DNA of 64,000 bases from a virus, in IMG/VR virus record IMGVR_UViG_3300038829_000127, positions 4,975-68,974 of that record. One strand, given 5' to 3'. Position 1 is the stretch's first letter, and every line of letters begins with the position of its first letter. A program made the position numbers and the translations under genes. The notes below the pieces were generated by a model. That model was not told where the DNA came from, searched no databases, and was given only the letters and a program-made list of their open reading frames with translations. Below are positions 27,101 through 35,863 of this stretch, piece by piece.

Positions 27101-30071
27101 AACGGCGCCGCGTGACCGTATCGACGCGATCCGGCGTGCTGCTCCGTGGCCCATCCAGATTTCAACGCAACTGAACGGGTTCAGTATTTTTGTCAGCGAT
27201 TCCACGCCCAGGGTTCCGTCCGCCTACTATCCGATGCAGGTGCGGATGTTCCACAAGGCGAACGCGCTTTCTGCGTGGGTAATGAACAGTGCAGGCACGG
27301 CTCCGCTTGAGTTCCATCTGGGGGCGCAGACAACCAACGATCCATGGGCGCGGTACTTCAACATTACGAACGCGGCATTCCGCACATGGCTGGCGGCCGA
27401 TGTGGATTCGGTGCTGGAGGCGGATGGGCTGGACTACCTGTTCATGGACCAACTCGAGTCCTCGCTGGCCTCGGAGCGCGTTATCGCACCGAGTACCAAC
27501 TGGCCCACCGACGCGGCCTGGGAAGCTGCCTGGCAGGACTTCTTTGCCCGGCTGCAGACAGGAACGTCCGCTCCCACAACGGTCGCTGGGCCGGTGCCTG
27601 TGGCAGCCGGCCAGGCTGTGGCCCACGGTGTGGGTGGCCTGACCGCGCACAAGCGGTACTTCTTCGCCGTGACAACCTCGGACGAGGCACCCAATCTTTC
27701 CGGGCTGTCCAACCTGGCATCAGACACGACGACGGCGGCCACGGTAGATGTGACGGCTCCTTCAGCCATTTCGACGCTGGCCGTATCCAGCCCGACGATT
27801 ACCGGGATGCGGTTGATCTGGACGGCTACAGGTGATGACGCGGGCACCGGGACAGCTTCGTCCTACGACATTCGGTATTCGACGGCTGTCATCAACTCGG
27901 GAAACTTCGACGCTGCCCCTGCGGTCACGCAGAGCCTCGCCCCCCGGGCATCTGGAGCCGCGGACACCTGCCTGTTCACGCAGGGTTCTCCCAACACGCT
28001 GTACTACTTCGCCATCAAGGCGATGGATGAGGTCTTCAATGCGTCGGCCATCTCCAACGTGGTTTCGGACACAACCAGCACAGACACGACTCCGCCCAGC
28101 GCGGTGGGTGATCTGGCAGCGGCGGGCATCACGAGCAGCACGATCCAGGTAACGTGGCACACGCCGGCCGATGATTGGGCGGTGCAAAACTTCGACCTGC
28201 GGTACTCGACGACGGCCATCACATCGGGCAATTTCGCCTCGGCCACGCAGGTAACCGGCGAGCCTTCACCGGGTGTCACGAACACGGCGCAGACGATGAA
28301 CGTGGCAGGACTGACGAACGGGCAAACGTACTACTTTGCCGTCAAGTCCGTGGACCAGTATGCAAATACGTCGGCTATCTCAAACGTAGTCTCGAGCTTC
28401 ACTGCGGTGCAGCTTACAGGTAACATGGTTGGCGACGGGCCCTACTACATGACGCAGCCGGGCACGACATATGTTCTTCAGGGCAACGTCATCACATCCG
28501 GTACGGCTATCGTCTTCGCGGCGCAGAACGTGACGTTGGATTTGAATGGCTACACTGTCACCTATGGGACTGGATCAGCGTCGTATCGCTACGGAGTGCC
28601 CGCCCCGCCACCGTATGCGCACACCAACCCACGCTGGTCCAGTTCCGACATCACCGTGTGGAACTCATGCACAGGGGCCATTCTCAAGAACGGCTCCATC
28701 GTGCAGGGCGGCACCGGGCTCTACAACTGGTGCTTCCGCACAACGGACCAGAACAACATCACTCTGGATGGAGTCACGATGTCCTGCGTCGGCAACGACT
28801 CGGGCATGATCTACTTCGAGGGTGGCGGCACGCAAACGGTCAGGAACTGTGTGCTGAATGACAACACCGGAACAACTTCAATCTCCAACCGGCACCAGGG
28901 CCGTGCGGCTATCGACTTCGAATCACAGAACGGCTCAACTCCGTTGCTGATCTACGGGAATACGATCACAGGTGCCCGGCAGTGGGGTATCCGCATCAGC
29001 CGCCCGGGTGGGGCCGTCGCTGGCCAGGTTTATAGCAACACGATCGGGCTGAGCACGATCGTCACGAACGGTTATGGCATCGCCCTGCAGGGACCGAATC
29101 TCAAGGCGCACGACAACGTGATCGTCGCCGCGAACGGTCGTGGCATTCTTCTCTCCAGCGAGGGAGCCAACATCTCAGACGGTTGCGAGGTGTACAACAA
29201 CACCGTGACCGTGCAGGAGCTGCCGAACCACGTTGAGTATGATTATCTGGTGGTCCATGGCATCAAGTTGGACTACCCGATCAACGCGGACATCCACGAC
29301 AATACGGTGACGGCGATTGCGAGCGTGCCCGAGGCAAACAACGTCGGGGCGGCTGCCGCGTTGAGTATCAGCCTGCACTCGAACTCAGGCTGTTCGGTCC
29401 ACGACAACACGTTCGTGGCGCAGCACGCTGGCGGGGCAGCCTACGACCCGGACAACGACCGGCACTACGCCACCTGTATCAACATCGTGCAGCAGTACGC
29501 CAGTTCGGATAGCACGGGGCTTTCAATCACGAATAACACCTGCAGCACGCAGGACCAGTTCATTTCTGTTACGGAGACGGCACCCTACACGACCCCACAG
29601 GATCTCGGGATGACGATCTCGGGCAACACATGGACCCGGGCCACGCCGCCGCAGACGACCTCGCAGAAGGAACTGTTCGTCTTCGGGTCGTCCGTGGCTA
29701 ACCTGGACATCCTGGACCCCCTGGGTGCGGACAACTTCCGCACCTACCGGGCCACCTGGCCCTACGGCACAAACTCATGGGCCACGAAGTTCACCGGGCT
29801 GGTACGAACGGTAGGCTCAGGTGGCTCAGTCACATCAGGTGTGACCGTGGAGGCCCGCAATGCAGCCGGGACGCTGGTTGCGACCGTTGTTTCCGGAGCC
29901 ACAGGAGCCGTGTTCGTTCTGCCTGAGTTTACCGGCGCAACGGCTGGTGGATCGGGTACAATCACCGAGAAGAACCCATACACATTTACGGTGTTGTTCG
30001 GCAGCGGAAACCAAACTGGCGTCAAGACGGTAGACGCGAAGGACTGGATACTTACCGTGACAGAACCATAG
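24165..30071 (+). CDS. giant modular protein: signal peptide, 9 Fn3-like repeats, inserted glycoside-hydrolase-like domain, C-terminal right-handed beta helix
   Basis: repeated LTWTAPGDD.G.A..YD.RYS...YYFA.K..DE..N.S.SN units; N/I/V-rich beta-helix coils after about 28400. Confidence 0.85.
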   Translation: MRRFASLAFFVILLVCASAFGPQHRRGRGGGHPHNTDTTAPATSTLSYVSTTMTSITLTWTAPGDNANTGRAARYDVRYVAGSSLGAWASATRATGEPYPSHAGTTEVFTVTRLAPGTTYTFAMKTADEVPNTSGQSNSVTHATASVPDNIPPVAIADLAVGNPTQTTMQLTWTAPGDDGSTGTATAYEVRYSTAPITLGNFPVSTLVAQTMTPQVAASAETLAVSGLTASTLYYFAVKTSDDLGNMSGLSNVVSDTTAAVPQIVDQTAPAAVENLSVAVNGSTGVLLAWVTTGDDGNTGLATSYDLRRSTANITSGNFAVATQITGEPAPSIAGTTDSYYVTGLSTGTVYYFAIKVIDDVGNTSAISNIATVTTQSSADVTAPTAVSDLALGTLTANSITATWTAPGDDAESGTAVSYNLRYSTAAITSGNFSSATSVSLMPAPDTAGTVQTKRVPNLAPSTLYYFALKTTDEASNTSAISNVPSASTTAVADVAAPDPVSTLSIASLTPTSVTLAWTATGDDASTGTASTYDLRYSTSLITAFNFAAATAATGESFPLAAGSAESYTVTGLSTGVLYYFALVVYDEAANSSGLSNVPSATTSQPVDVVAPAVVANLYVQSVTSTSAVLTWTAPGDDGAVGLASTYDIRSGASSATVSGWTAAFRAAGEPTPFAAGATQTFTFSDLSPSSTFYVGLKSQDEVPNTSGLSNIILVETLPENVAPAAITDLVATASTSNSITLSWTEVGNDSLTGTASSHTILYAQAPTPVTGMVPVVANGGTWSPSNSPYTVGNFTQAVGSGANAYNPAAAAAKLLGQAHPMLHTIAGGSWPVTAGYAECLSAILGACYQHHAVNEAWTIATLATDGAIPLGGFGAPLSPGTIVGNLASRGFEGATVYVNLSTSSNTNNPPFGLLPPSGFYVSWNGSPMSNAYGRFPKYGGIFWGNLTASTIDIIKDWSDIALSESNANGPTDGDTQIATAPRDRIDAIRRAAPWPIQISTQLNGFSIFVSDSTPRVPSAYYPMQVRMFHKANALSAWVMNSAGTAPLEFHLGAQTTNDPWARYFNITNAAFRTWLAADVDSVLEADGLDYLFMDQLESSLASERVIAPSTNWPTDAAWEAAWQDFFARLQTGTSAPTTVAGPVPVAAGQAVAHGVGGLTAHKRYFFAVTTSDEAPNLSGLSNLASDTTTAATVDVTAPSAISTLAVSSPTITGMRLIWTATGDDAGTGTASSYDIRYSTAVINSGNFDAAPAVTQSLAPRASGAADTCLFTQGSPNTLYYFAIKAMDEVFNASAISNVVSDTTSTDTTPPSAVGDLAAAGITSSTIQVTWHTPADDWAVQNFDLRYSTTAITSGNFASATQVTGEPSPGVTNTAQTMNVAGLTNGQTYYFAVKSVDQYANTSAISNVVSSFTAVQLTGNMVGDGPYYMTQPGTTYVLQGNVITSGTAIVFAAQNVTLDLNGYTVTYGTGSASYRYGVPAPPPYAHTNPRWSSSDITVWNSCTGAILKNGSIVQGGTGLYNWCFRTTDQNNITLDGVTMSCVGNDSGMIYFEGGGTQTVRNCVLNDNTGTTSISNRHQGRAAIDFESQNGSTPLLIYGNTITGARQWGIRISRPGGAVAGQVYSNTIGLSTIVTNGYGIALQGPNLKAHDNVIVAANGRGILLSSEGANISDGCEVYNNTVTVQELPNHVEYDYLVVHGIKLDYPINADIHDNTVTAIASVPEANNVGAAAALSISLHSNSGCSVHDNTFVAQHAGGAAYDPDNDRHYATCINIVQQYASSDSTGLSITNNTCSTQDQFISVTETAPYTTPQDLGMTISGNTWTRATPPQTTSQKELFVFGSSVANLDILDPLGADNFRTYRATWPYGTNSWATKFTGLVRTVGSGGSVTSGVTVEARNAAGTLVATVVSGATGAVFVLPEFTGATAGGSGTITEKNPYTFTVLFGSGNQTGVKTVDAKDWILTVTEP

Positions 30072-30119
30072 GCTGTTGGAAGTTGTGCAATCGCTATACG
30101 CGAAGACCCAGGAGCCTGT

Positions 30120-30737
30120 GTGTTGATAAGTGTGGAAGCGGTGGTACTGGCGGCGGCGGTGCTCACGGCAGTTGTGGCGGTCTTCACGAACATGCGGAAG
30201 ATTTGGGATGGAGGCGTAATGACACTTCGCTGGGTTACAGACCGGATTGGACTTCCGTCCAAGGTACTGCGGCTACTGGAATCCCAGGGTGGTGCTATCA
30301 GGGAAATCCAGGCGGAGCTGAAGCCCAACGGGGGCACCTCGTTGCGGGATGCTGTGAACGAGATCCGCCACATGGCTTCCGTGGCGGATGTTCGTTCGCA
30401 TCTGTCCCGTGAAGTCTGCCCTTACGCCATGTACGAATGCGCCCCGGACGGAAAGTGCATCTGGGTCAACGAAGCTCTCTGCCAGCTTTTCGGCCTGGAC
30501 GCGGAGGATGCTCTGGGCTACGGGTGGCTACAAAGTGTGTCCGACGCTGAACGCTCCACGACGATGTTCTTGTGGCAGGAGGCCGTTGTGAAGGACATCC
30601 CGTGGTCTACCGTCTTCACGATCGTCAACCAGCGTACCGGGGCTCAGGTAAGGTGCCGCACGCGGGCCACATCCTACAAGATGGGGGGCGTCATCATTCT
30701 GTACTCAGGCACGGTGATACCGGAGAAGCAGCCGTGA
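30120..30737 (+). CDS. N-terminal TM helix + coiled coil + PAS domain protein
   Basis: ELKPNGGTSLRDAV; AMYECAPDGKCIWVNEALCQLFG...ALGYGWLQSV...ER is a PAS signature. Confidence 0.78.
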   Translation: MLISVEAVVLAAAVLTAVVAVFTNMRKIWDGGVMTLRWVTDRIGLPSKVLRLLESQGGAIREIQAELKPNGGTSLRDAVNEIRHMASVADVRSHLSREVCPYAMYECAPDGKCIWVNEALCQLFGLDAEDALGYGWLQSVSDAERSTTMFLWQEAVVKDIPWSTVFTIVNQRTGAQVRCRTRATSYKMGGVIILYSGTVIPEKQP

Positions 30738-30841
30738 TGGTGTTCATCTACTGGTTGTTCTGGCAAGTTCGCCCGACGTTCCCTTACGAAGAGGACCCGA
30801 TTGGGCCTCCCGGGGTGGCGTCTGTTTGAGAGGATTCATGC

Positions 30842-31147
30842 ATGGCAAAGAAATCTCTTGGAGCGATCAAGTCCCTCTTTTACCACTACCTCTGGGGGGA
30901 GGGATGGTTGCCCGCGGGCACGACGGCAAAGAACTGGGGTCAGGTCCGGGTCCCCGAACTCGGACTTGACCAGCCTCCGCTGACTCACGCACCTGATCTC
31001 CAGAAAGACCGGATGGGGCTGGACCTTGTAGCCCTTGTCTGGGCGCTCGGGGCGGCCATCCCGTCGCCCACAGCCCTCCTGGGCAACGACACGCTGACAC
31101 TCGCGGAAGTCGCTAAGGGCATCTATGAGTCACAGGAGGCGGTGTGA
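30842..31147 (+). CDS. hypothetical protein
   Basis: ORF track; GAGGA SD. Confidence 0.55.
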   Translation: MAKKSLGAIKSLFYHYLWGEGWLPAGTTAKNWGQVRVPELGLDQPPLTHAPDLQKDRMGLDLVALVWALGAAIPSPTALLGNDTLTLAEVAKGIYESQEAV

Positions 31148-32076
31148 TGCGGCGGTTGATGCTGTTTCTGGTGGTAGAGCTGGGGATGGTCGTCGCCCCG
31201 CTGGCTACCGCCAACGGTGCGACGACGAACCTGACGTACAACCTCGGCTTTCGGCAAGCGGCGACGGACACGCTTATGCCTGCGGTTGAGTTCTCACTGC
31301 GCTATGAACTCCAGCGCACGTCCACCGATCCCCGCTGGCACCACTTCAACTGGGCCCTCTTCACACAAGGCTACCAGACGTTCAACTCGCACATCACGGA
31401 CGTAGACCACATGGAAGTCGGCCTGGCGATGGCCGGCAGGTACTACCGGACAGCCCTGACCCCGCTGGCCCCGGAACTGCAGGACTACTACACCGACCTG
31501 CTCGAGCGATCCGAGGCGGGCGGTGGCCCGGGGATCACTGAGGCCCAGGAAGCGGAACTCGGGGGTCTGGTGGCCCGGGTCAGGGGGCACCGTGCCCATA
31601 TCGGGTATACCGCCTATAGCCGATTTGTTACCGACCAGCAAGTAGACAATAGGCTGCTCAATTTCGGGCTGGGGGCTCAGGCAGAGGTGCCATGGCTCGG
31701 GGGGTGGTTGGACACCCCATTCAGGGTGACCCGCAGTACAGGCCCCTTCGTTTCGCAGCCTCTACGGGCCTCCCTGTCAGCCGAGTATGTCCAGGGGATG
31801 GGGAACCGGGAAGACGCCTACCCCCGGGCCTTCCTGGAGTGCCTGTGGTCCACCCGGGCTTTCGACCGGATGTACCCACGGATCCGCTGGCAGGCGGAAT
31901 ACTCGACGGAGAATCCGGTGAGTATTACTAGCTTCAATCACTTCCTGGACGCCGGGATTGCCCTGCCCGTCTCCCCGGGCACGTCCGTGGTTTTCAAGTA
32001 CTTGTACGGTCGTACCGCGCCAAACTACGAGCTGGTGAATGCCGCTGTGCTCGGGTTTGATGTGGTTGGCTGGTAG
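31147..32076 (+). CDS. signal-peptide, outer-membrane beta-barrel-like protein
   Basis: signal ending ATA; alternating amphipathic beta strands; terminal aromatic residue (GFDVVGW). Confidence 0.5.
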   Translation: MRRLMLFLVVELGMVVAPLATANGATTNLTYNLGFRQAATDTLMPAVEFSLRYELQRTSTDPRWHHFNWALFTQGYQTFNSHITDVDHMEVGLAMAGRYYRTALTPLAPELQDYYTDLLERSEAGGGPGITEAQEAELGGLVARVRGHRAHIGYTAYSRFVTDQQVDNRLLNFGLGAQAEVPWLGGWLDTPFRVTRSTGPFVSQPLRASLSAEYVQGMGNREDAYPRAFLECLWSTRAFDRMYPRIRWQAEYSTENPVSITSFNHFLDAGIALPVSPGTSVVFKYLYGRTAPNYELVNAAVLGFDVVGW

Positions 32077-32084
32077 GGGGCTTC

Positions 32085-32354
32085 ATGGATCCAACCACCG
32101 GCGCACTCCAAACACTGGGCACGGCCGGTCTAGTCATCACTGCCGTGGCCATTTTGAACAACTATCTGTCACTGACCAGGGGTGGCAAGCTGTTGTCTGG
32201 GGCCATCACGGCGGTGGGCATCACCCTGATCTGGTCCTACGCCAATCAGCCCATCAACTGGCCCTCGGTGCCGCTTGTCGCTCTGACCTCGTGGCTTTCC
32301 GCCATGGGCGGTGCTTCAGGTGGAAAGACGGTCAAAGAGATCTCAAAATCGTGA
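32085..32354 (+). CDS. putative holin
   Basis: 89 aa, three hydrophobic segments, basic C-terminus. Confidence 0.55.
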   Translation: MDPTTGALQTLGTAGLVITAVAILNNYLSLTRGGKLLSGAITAVGITLIWSYANQPINWPSVPLVALTSWLSAMGGASGGKTVKEISKS

Positions 32355-32497
32355 TCCCTGCCCTGCTCTTACTCGGGATGTTCGTGGCCCTGGCCGCTGT
32401 TGCTTACTGGTTCTCTCGGGACAAGACCGCGGGGAAGGCAGAACTGAAGCAGGTGTCCACCCGGTCCAAGCAGTCGGATCCAGGTGGGCCCAAATGA
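32351..32497 (+). CDS. small single-TM protein
   Basis: GTG overlaps holin stop; hydrophobic N-terminus, basic tail. Confidence 0.45.
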   Translation: MIPALLLLGMFVALAAVAYWFSRDKTAGKAELKQVSTRSKQSDPGGPK

Positions 32498-32570
32498 ATG
32501 CTGGCGGCACGGGGACAGCCTCGCCCTGCGGCCAAACTTGAATTGCGAGGCTACCGCAAAGGAGTAGCAC

Positions 32571-32912
32571 ATGCCCGGAACTGTTCTTGTAGAGATCCCG
32601 TTTGATCAGGAAGCCGGTTTCGTCGTCAACACCGTCACCGCAGACGGTGAACCTGGTGAGGATTCGAACGTCAACACGTTCGAGCTGGACAACACCGCGT
32701 ACTACCAGACGGCCCCGGACGGCACGGAGGAGCCCCCGGTCGAAGTCTGGGTCGGCTGCACCGTGGCGGACGCCCAGGCCATCCTGACCGCTACGGTCAC
32801 GCAGCCTGATGGCACGAAGCTGGTGGACTCGTTGCAGTTGCACAGCAAGCCCGCCCAGACCGTGGGCGCTGTGCTCAGTCAGGTGATCTTCCGCAAGAAG
32901 CCCACGCCGTAA
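32571..32912 (+). CDS. hypothetical acidic beta-rich protein
   Basis: AAGGAG SD; biased codons. Confidence 0.7.
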   Translation: MPGTVLVEIPFDQEAGFVVNTVTADGEPGEDSNVNTFELDNTAYYQTAPDGTEEPPVEVWVGCTVADAQAILTATVTQPDGTKLVDSLQLHSKPAQTVGAVLSQVIFRKKPTP

Positions 32913-32976
32913 AGCAATGTAGTGACTGCCCGGCTCCCCGGAGGGGCCGGGCAGGCACCACAAAGGAGATCCACAC

Positions 32977-33660
32977 ATGTCCCTGGGCACTTTCGTCAAC
33001 ACAGACATTACCACTGCGATAGATGCCGCTGGTGTAGAGGATCTGATCCTCACGCTGGTATCACAGCAGTTTGGCATAGACATCATGGCGGTATTCGACA
33101 AGTTTGACACCGCCCTGATCGCCTTTGGTGAGGCTGCTAGAACAGATATCCTTACAGACCGCGTGACGTTCTCGGCAGGCAGCAAGGCGGTCATAGACCG
33201 TGTGCGCAATGCGAGCCCCACGGACTGGACTCCTTACGCCCCCTTCATCCGCAACGCGCAGGCGTTGCTGGATGGTCTAATTGCCACTGTGGATGGGGCC
33301 TCAGCGGGTGTTTTCGCGCCCCTGACTGCGGTCACACAAACGGCTCCGGACTCAACCACTCTGGGGACCAACATCGTCTCCCAGTCGAATCAGGTCACCA
33401 CAGGCAACCTGGTGATTCTGCGTCAGGCGTTTGCTGACGCGCTGGAAGCCTTTGATCCATTGTGCGTCCCGGCCCGGGCCGCTGATCTGTGGACCTTCGG
33501 CACCGTCCCCAAGGCTGTGATGACCTGCATGTCCAGTGCCACGCCAACCGTAGGGTACCCGACAGCGATCTTCCAGCGCCGGTACGACGCGCTCCTGGCC
33601 GCCTTCAATGCGGGTGTGTTGCCGGGGGTGGCGGTGACGCCCGACGTAGCGGTGATCTAG
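32977..33660 (+). CDS. hypothetical protein, last + strand gene
   Basis: AAGGAG SD; converges on the - strand block at 33663. Confidence 0.7.
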   Translation: MSLGTFVNTDITTAIDAAGVEDLILTLVSQQFGIDIMAVFDKFDTALIAFGEAARTDILTDRVTFSAGSKAVIDRVRNASPTDWTPYAPFIRNAQALLDGLIATVDGASAGVFAPLTAVTQTAPDSTTLGTNIVSQSNQVTTGNLVILRQAFADALEAFDPLCVPARAADLWTFGTVPKAVMTCMSSATPTVGYPTAIFQRRYDALLAAFNAGVLPGVAVTPDVAVI

Positions 33661-33662
33661 GG

Positions 33663-33902
33663 CTACTTCGTCGGCACTGACAGCGCGATCCTCACCACCG
33701 TCCCGTCCTTCCGTTTGACCAGCAGCCGCCCACCGGGCCCGGCTTCGGCCAGGATCTGGGCCATGGTGTGGATGCAGAAGCGAACGGTTTCCGCGTGGGT
33801 CTTGGCAGCTATACCCACCTCAACCTCCTGCAGCGTGGCCAGGGTGCGTGGCGTCATATCCAGATGGAGACGGCTCCAGTTGTGGCTCATATCGCCGGCC
33901 AT
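33663..33902 (-). CDS. possible ribbon-helix-helix DNA-binding protein
   Basis: RLHLDMTPRTLATL...AETVR pattern. Confidence 0.4.
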   Translation of the reverse strand: MAGDMSHNWSRLHLDMTPRTLATLQEVEVGIAAKTHAETVRFCIHTMAQILAEAGPGGRLLVKRKDGTVVRIALSVPTK

Positions 33903-34294
33903 GTCCGGATCGGGATGCCCGCCTGGGCGGCCAGCTTCATCGTGGCCAACGTTCCGCCACCCTCCCGGCCATCCCAGCAGGCAATCACCAGATCCGCCCC
34001 CATGTCCACCATGCGCTTGTTCCGCATGATCGGCGCCCGCTTGGGGCCGTACTGTGCGTATTCCTCATCGGTGACAGGATTACGCTCGGGCTGAGGGACC
34101 AGGTTGTATCCGTAGGCCCAACCATCCACCTGACGGTCGAAGCCGATGGCGCAACCGTGGACCCACAGGGCACCCTTGAACTCTCTGGCAAGGGCTGTGA
34201 ATAGCTCAGGATCCACTCGACGATTCCGGTGACCAGTAAAGAGGATTCTCAATGTCTCGCCTCCCGCTTTCGCGTCGGGCGAGACATTCGCCAC
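33887..34294 (-). CDS. SLOG family protein (DUF2493/YspA-like)
   Basis: ILFTGHR, VHGCAIGFD, RNKRMVD, WDG...GGT..T; likely start near 34252. Confidence 0.8.
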   Translation of the reverse strand: MANVSPDAKAGGETLRILFTGHRNRRVDPELFTALAREFKGALWVHGCAIGFDRQVDGWAYGYNLVPQPERNPVTDEEYAQYGPKRAPIMRNKRMVDMGADLVIACWDGREGGGTLATMKLAAQAGIPIRTWPAI

Positions 34295-34360
34295 ATCGCC
34301 CGCACAAACCCCTCAACCAGCGCCCCGGCTCCGATGGCTATACAGGCACCGGCTATGATG

Positions 34361-34546
34361 TCAGTCATCGTCGTCCTCAAACTCTTCTTCCTGCAAGACC
34401 TCCTCACAGTCGAAGCACAGGGTTCCCCGCCCGGCGTTGCAACAGTTGTCCGACGATATCACCCCGCACTCCCGACATTCAAACAGCGCAGACTTTTCTG
34501 GATCGTACATCTCCCCACACTTTGGGCATGCTTCCTTAGTTGCCAC
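34361..34546 (-). CDS. small Cys-rich acidic protein
   Basis: CPKC, CREC, CC, CFDC; GTG overlaps lysozyme end. Confidence 0.55.
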   Translation of the reverse strand: MATKEACPKCGEMYDPEKSALFECRECGVISSDNCCNAGRGTLCFDCEEVLQEEEFEDDDD

Positions 34547-35171
34547 TGTCGCCTCCCCACAGGGCCCGAAGCTCCGCCTCGGTCCCGTTGAACTTGTTCC
34601 GGTCGCACCGCCCGATGCCCGGCACCTGATGGGGCTGGGGGCCCATGCTGCCGTCCGTGTACTGCCAGAGCGTGAAGGTGGCAAAGCCCACGGGCACCTC
34701 GGGCATCCGCTGGCTGTACCTGGCGATCCAGAGCGGCGACAGGAACAGGTTGGAATCCGGGCGGCGCCTGAGCTGGTCCTTCAGGAACGATTGCCCGGAG
34801 TAAAGCCAGGGCCGTCGCCCAGTGTTGGCAACAACATGGGCCATGAACTCCTCAGCCTCTGACACGGACATCGTGCCCTCCCGTGGGTTGGGCTCGAAGT
34901 CCAGCACCATCAAATCCCCCGGATCCGCCGTCTCCAGAAAGTGATCGGCCTGCTCCCGTGGGTTGCCCTTCACGCCGAAGTGGTAGGCCCCGTAGAGGAG
35001 CCCGGCAGCAACAGCCCGGTGCCTTCGATCCCGGTACTTGGCATCTACAAACGAGGTGCCCTCGGTGGCCTTGTGGATCACACCCATGATGCCGCTGTCG
35101 AAGGCGTCCTTGAAGCTGGTGGTGGTGTTGTGGTGGCTGATGTCGATGACGACGTTCAGGAGTGGGGTCAT
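34536..35171 (-). CDS. GH25 lysozyme (endolysin)
   Basis: IDISHHN, HKATEG, GAYHF, LDFE, LWIARY, WQYTD. Confidence 0.93.
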   Translation of the reverse strand: MTPLLNVVIDISHHNTTTSFKDAFDSGIMGVIHKATEGTSFVDAKYRDRRHRAVAAGLLYGAYHFGVKGNPREQADHFLETADPGDLMVLDFEPNPREGTMSVSEAEEFMAHVVANTGRRPWLYSGQSFLKDQLRRRPDSNLFLSPLWIARYSQRMPEVPVGFATFTLWQYTDGSMGPQPHQVPGIGRCDRNKFNGTEAELRALWGGDSGN

Positions 35172-35863
35172 TTGGAAGTCTCCTCGAAAAGTTGCATCGT
35201 TCGCGGGAACTTGTCGCGCAGCAAACCGGACAGCGCCTGGGCGTAGACCCGGATCTCGTACTGAGCGTGAGGATCCAGCCGCAGGGTGAGGAATCCAAGC
35301 CAGTTCCGCAAATTTGCGCTGGCCCTCATCCGTGAATAGCGCCCTACGGGGATAACAAGACGGGCCAGTTCCTTGGGCACGCCGGCTTTCAGACCCTCCT
35401 GGTAGAGAGTTTCCGCGTCAAGGTAGTGTTGGCACAGACCCTCCAGCCATCGGGCCGCCGCATCACCTGTGAGTTGGGCAGCGTCTGGCACTGTACCCGC
35501 CTGCTTGTTTGATCCAGACGCATTCTGCATCAAGCGATCCATCGAGGGCAGGTAGTTCCTGTCGGGCATCGGAGTGTAGCGCGCTGAAAGCTCATTGTAG
35601 CTTTGCGTTCTGTGCCTGTGCCATTCTCGAAACACGATGAGCGGGGCTTGAACCTCAAACGTGGCACCCGCCATCTCAAACGGCGTGGCGTGCTTGTGCT
35701 CCCACAAATAGCACAGCAACTTCTCGTCTCCAGGCGTATCCTTGGTGCCCCAACCCTGAAAGCCTTTGTTGGTGCTCATGCGGGCGCTTTCCACGATCCG
35801 CTCGTCAGAACCCCACGATTCAATCAGCTCGATGTAGCCGTTGTCCAGAAGGTCGATCCTCAT
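35168..35863 (-). CDS. thyX: flavin-dependent thymidylate synthase
   Basis: HATPFE; RHRTQSYNELSARY (RHRx7SxR); AQYEIR. Confidence 0.95.
   Translation of the reverse strand: MRIDLLDNGYIELIESWGSDERIVESARMSTNKGFQGWGTKDTPGDEKLLCYLWEHKHATPFEMAGATFEVQAPLIVFREWHRHRTQSYNELSARYTPMPDRNYLPSMDRLMQNASGSNKQAGTVPDAAQLTGDAAARWLEGLCQHYLDAETLYQEGLKAGVPKELARLVIPVGRYSRMRASANLRNWLGFLTLRLDPHAQYEIRVYAQALSGLLRDKFPRTMQLFEETSK

Noticed and set aside
16906-30071. Diversity-generating retroelement acting on tail or Fn3 genes
   Set aside because: No reverse transcriptase and no adenine-specific TR/VR pair noticed; Fn3 repeats differ at all base types
32927-32956. Intrinsic terminator (TGCCCGGCTCCCCGGAGGGGCCGGGCA)
   Set aside because: Strong hairpin but no U tract on either strand, so the function is unresolved
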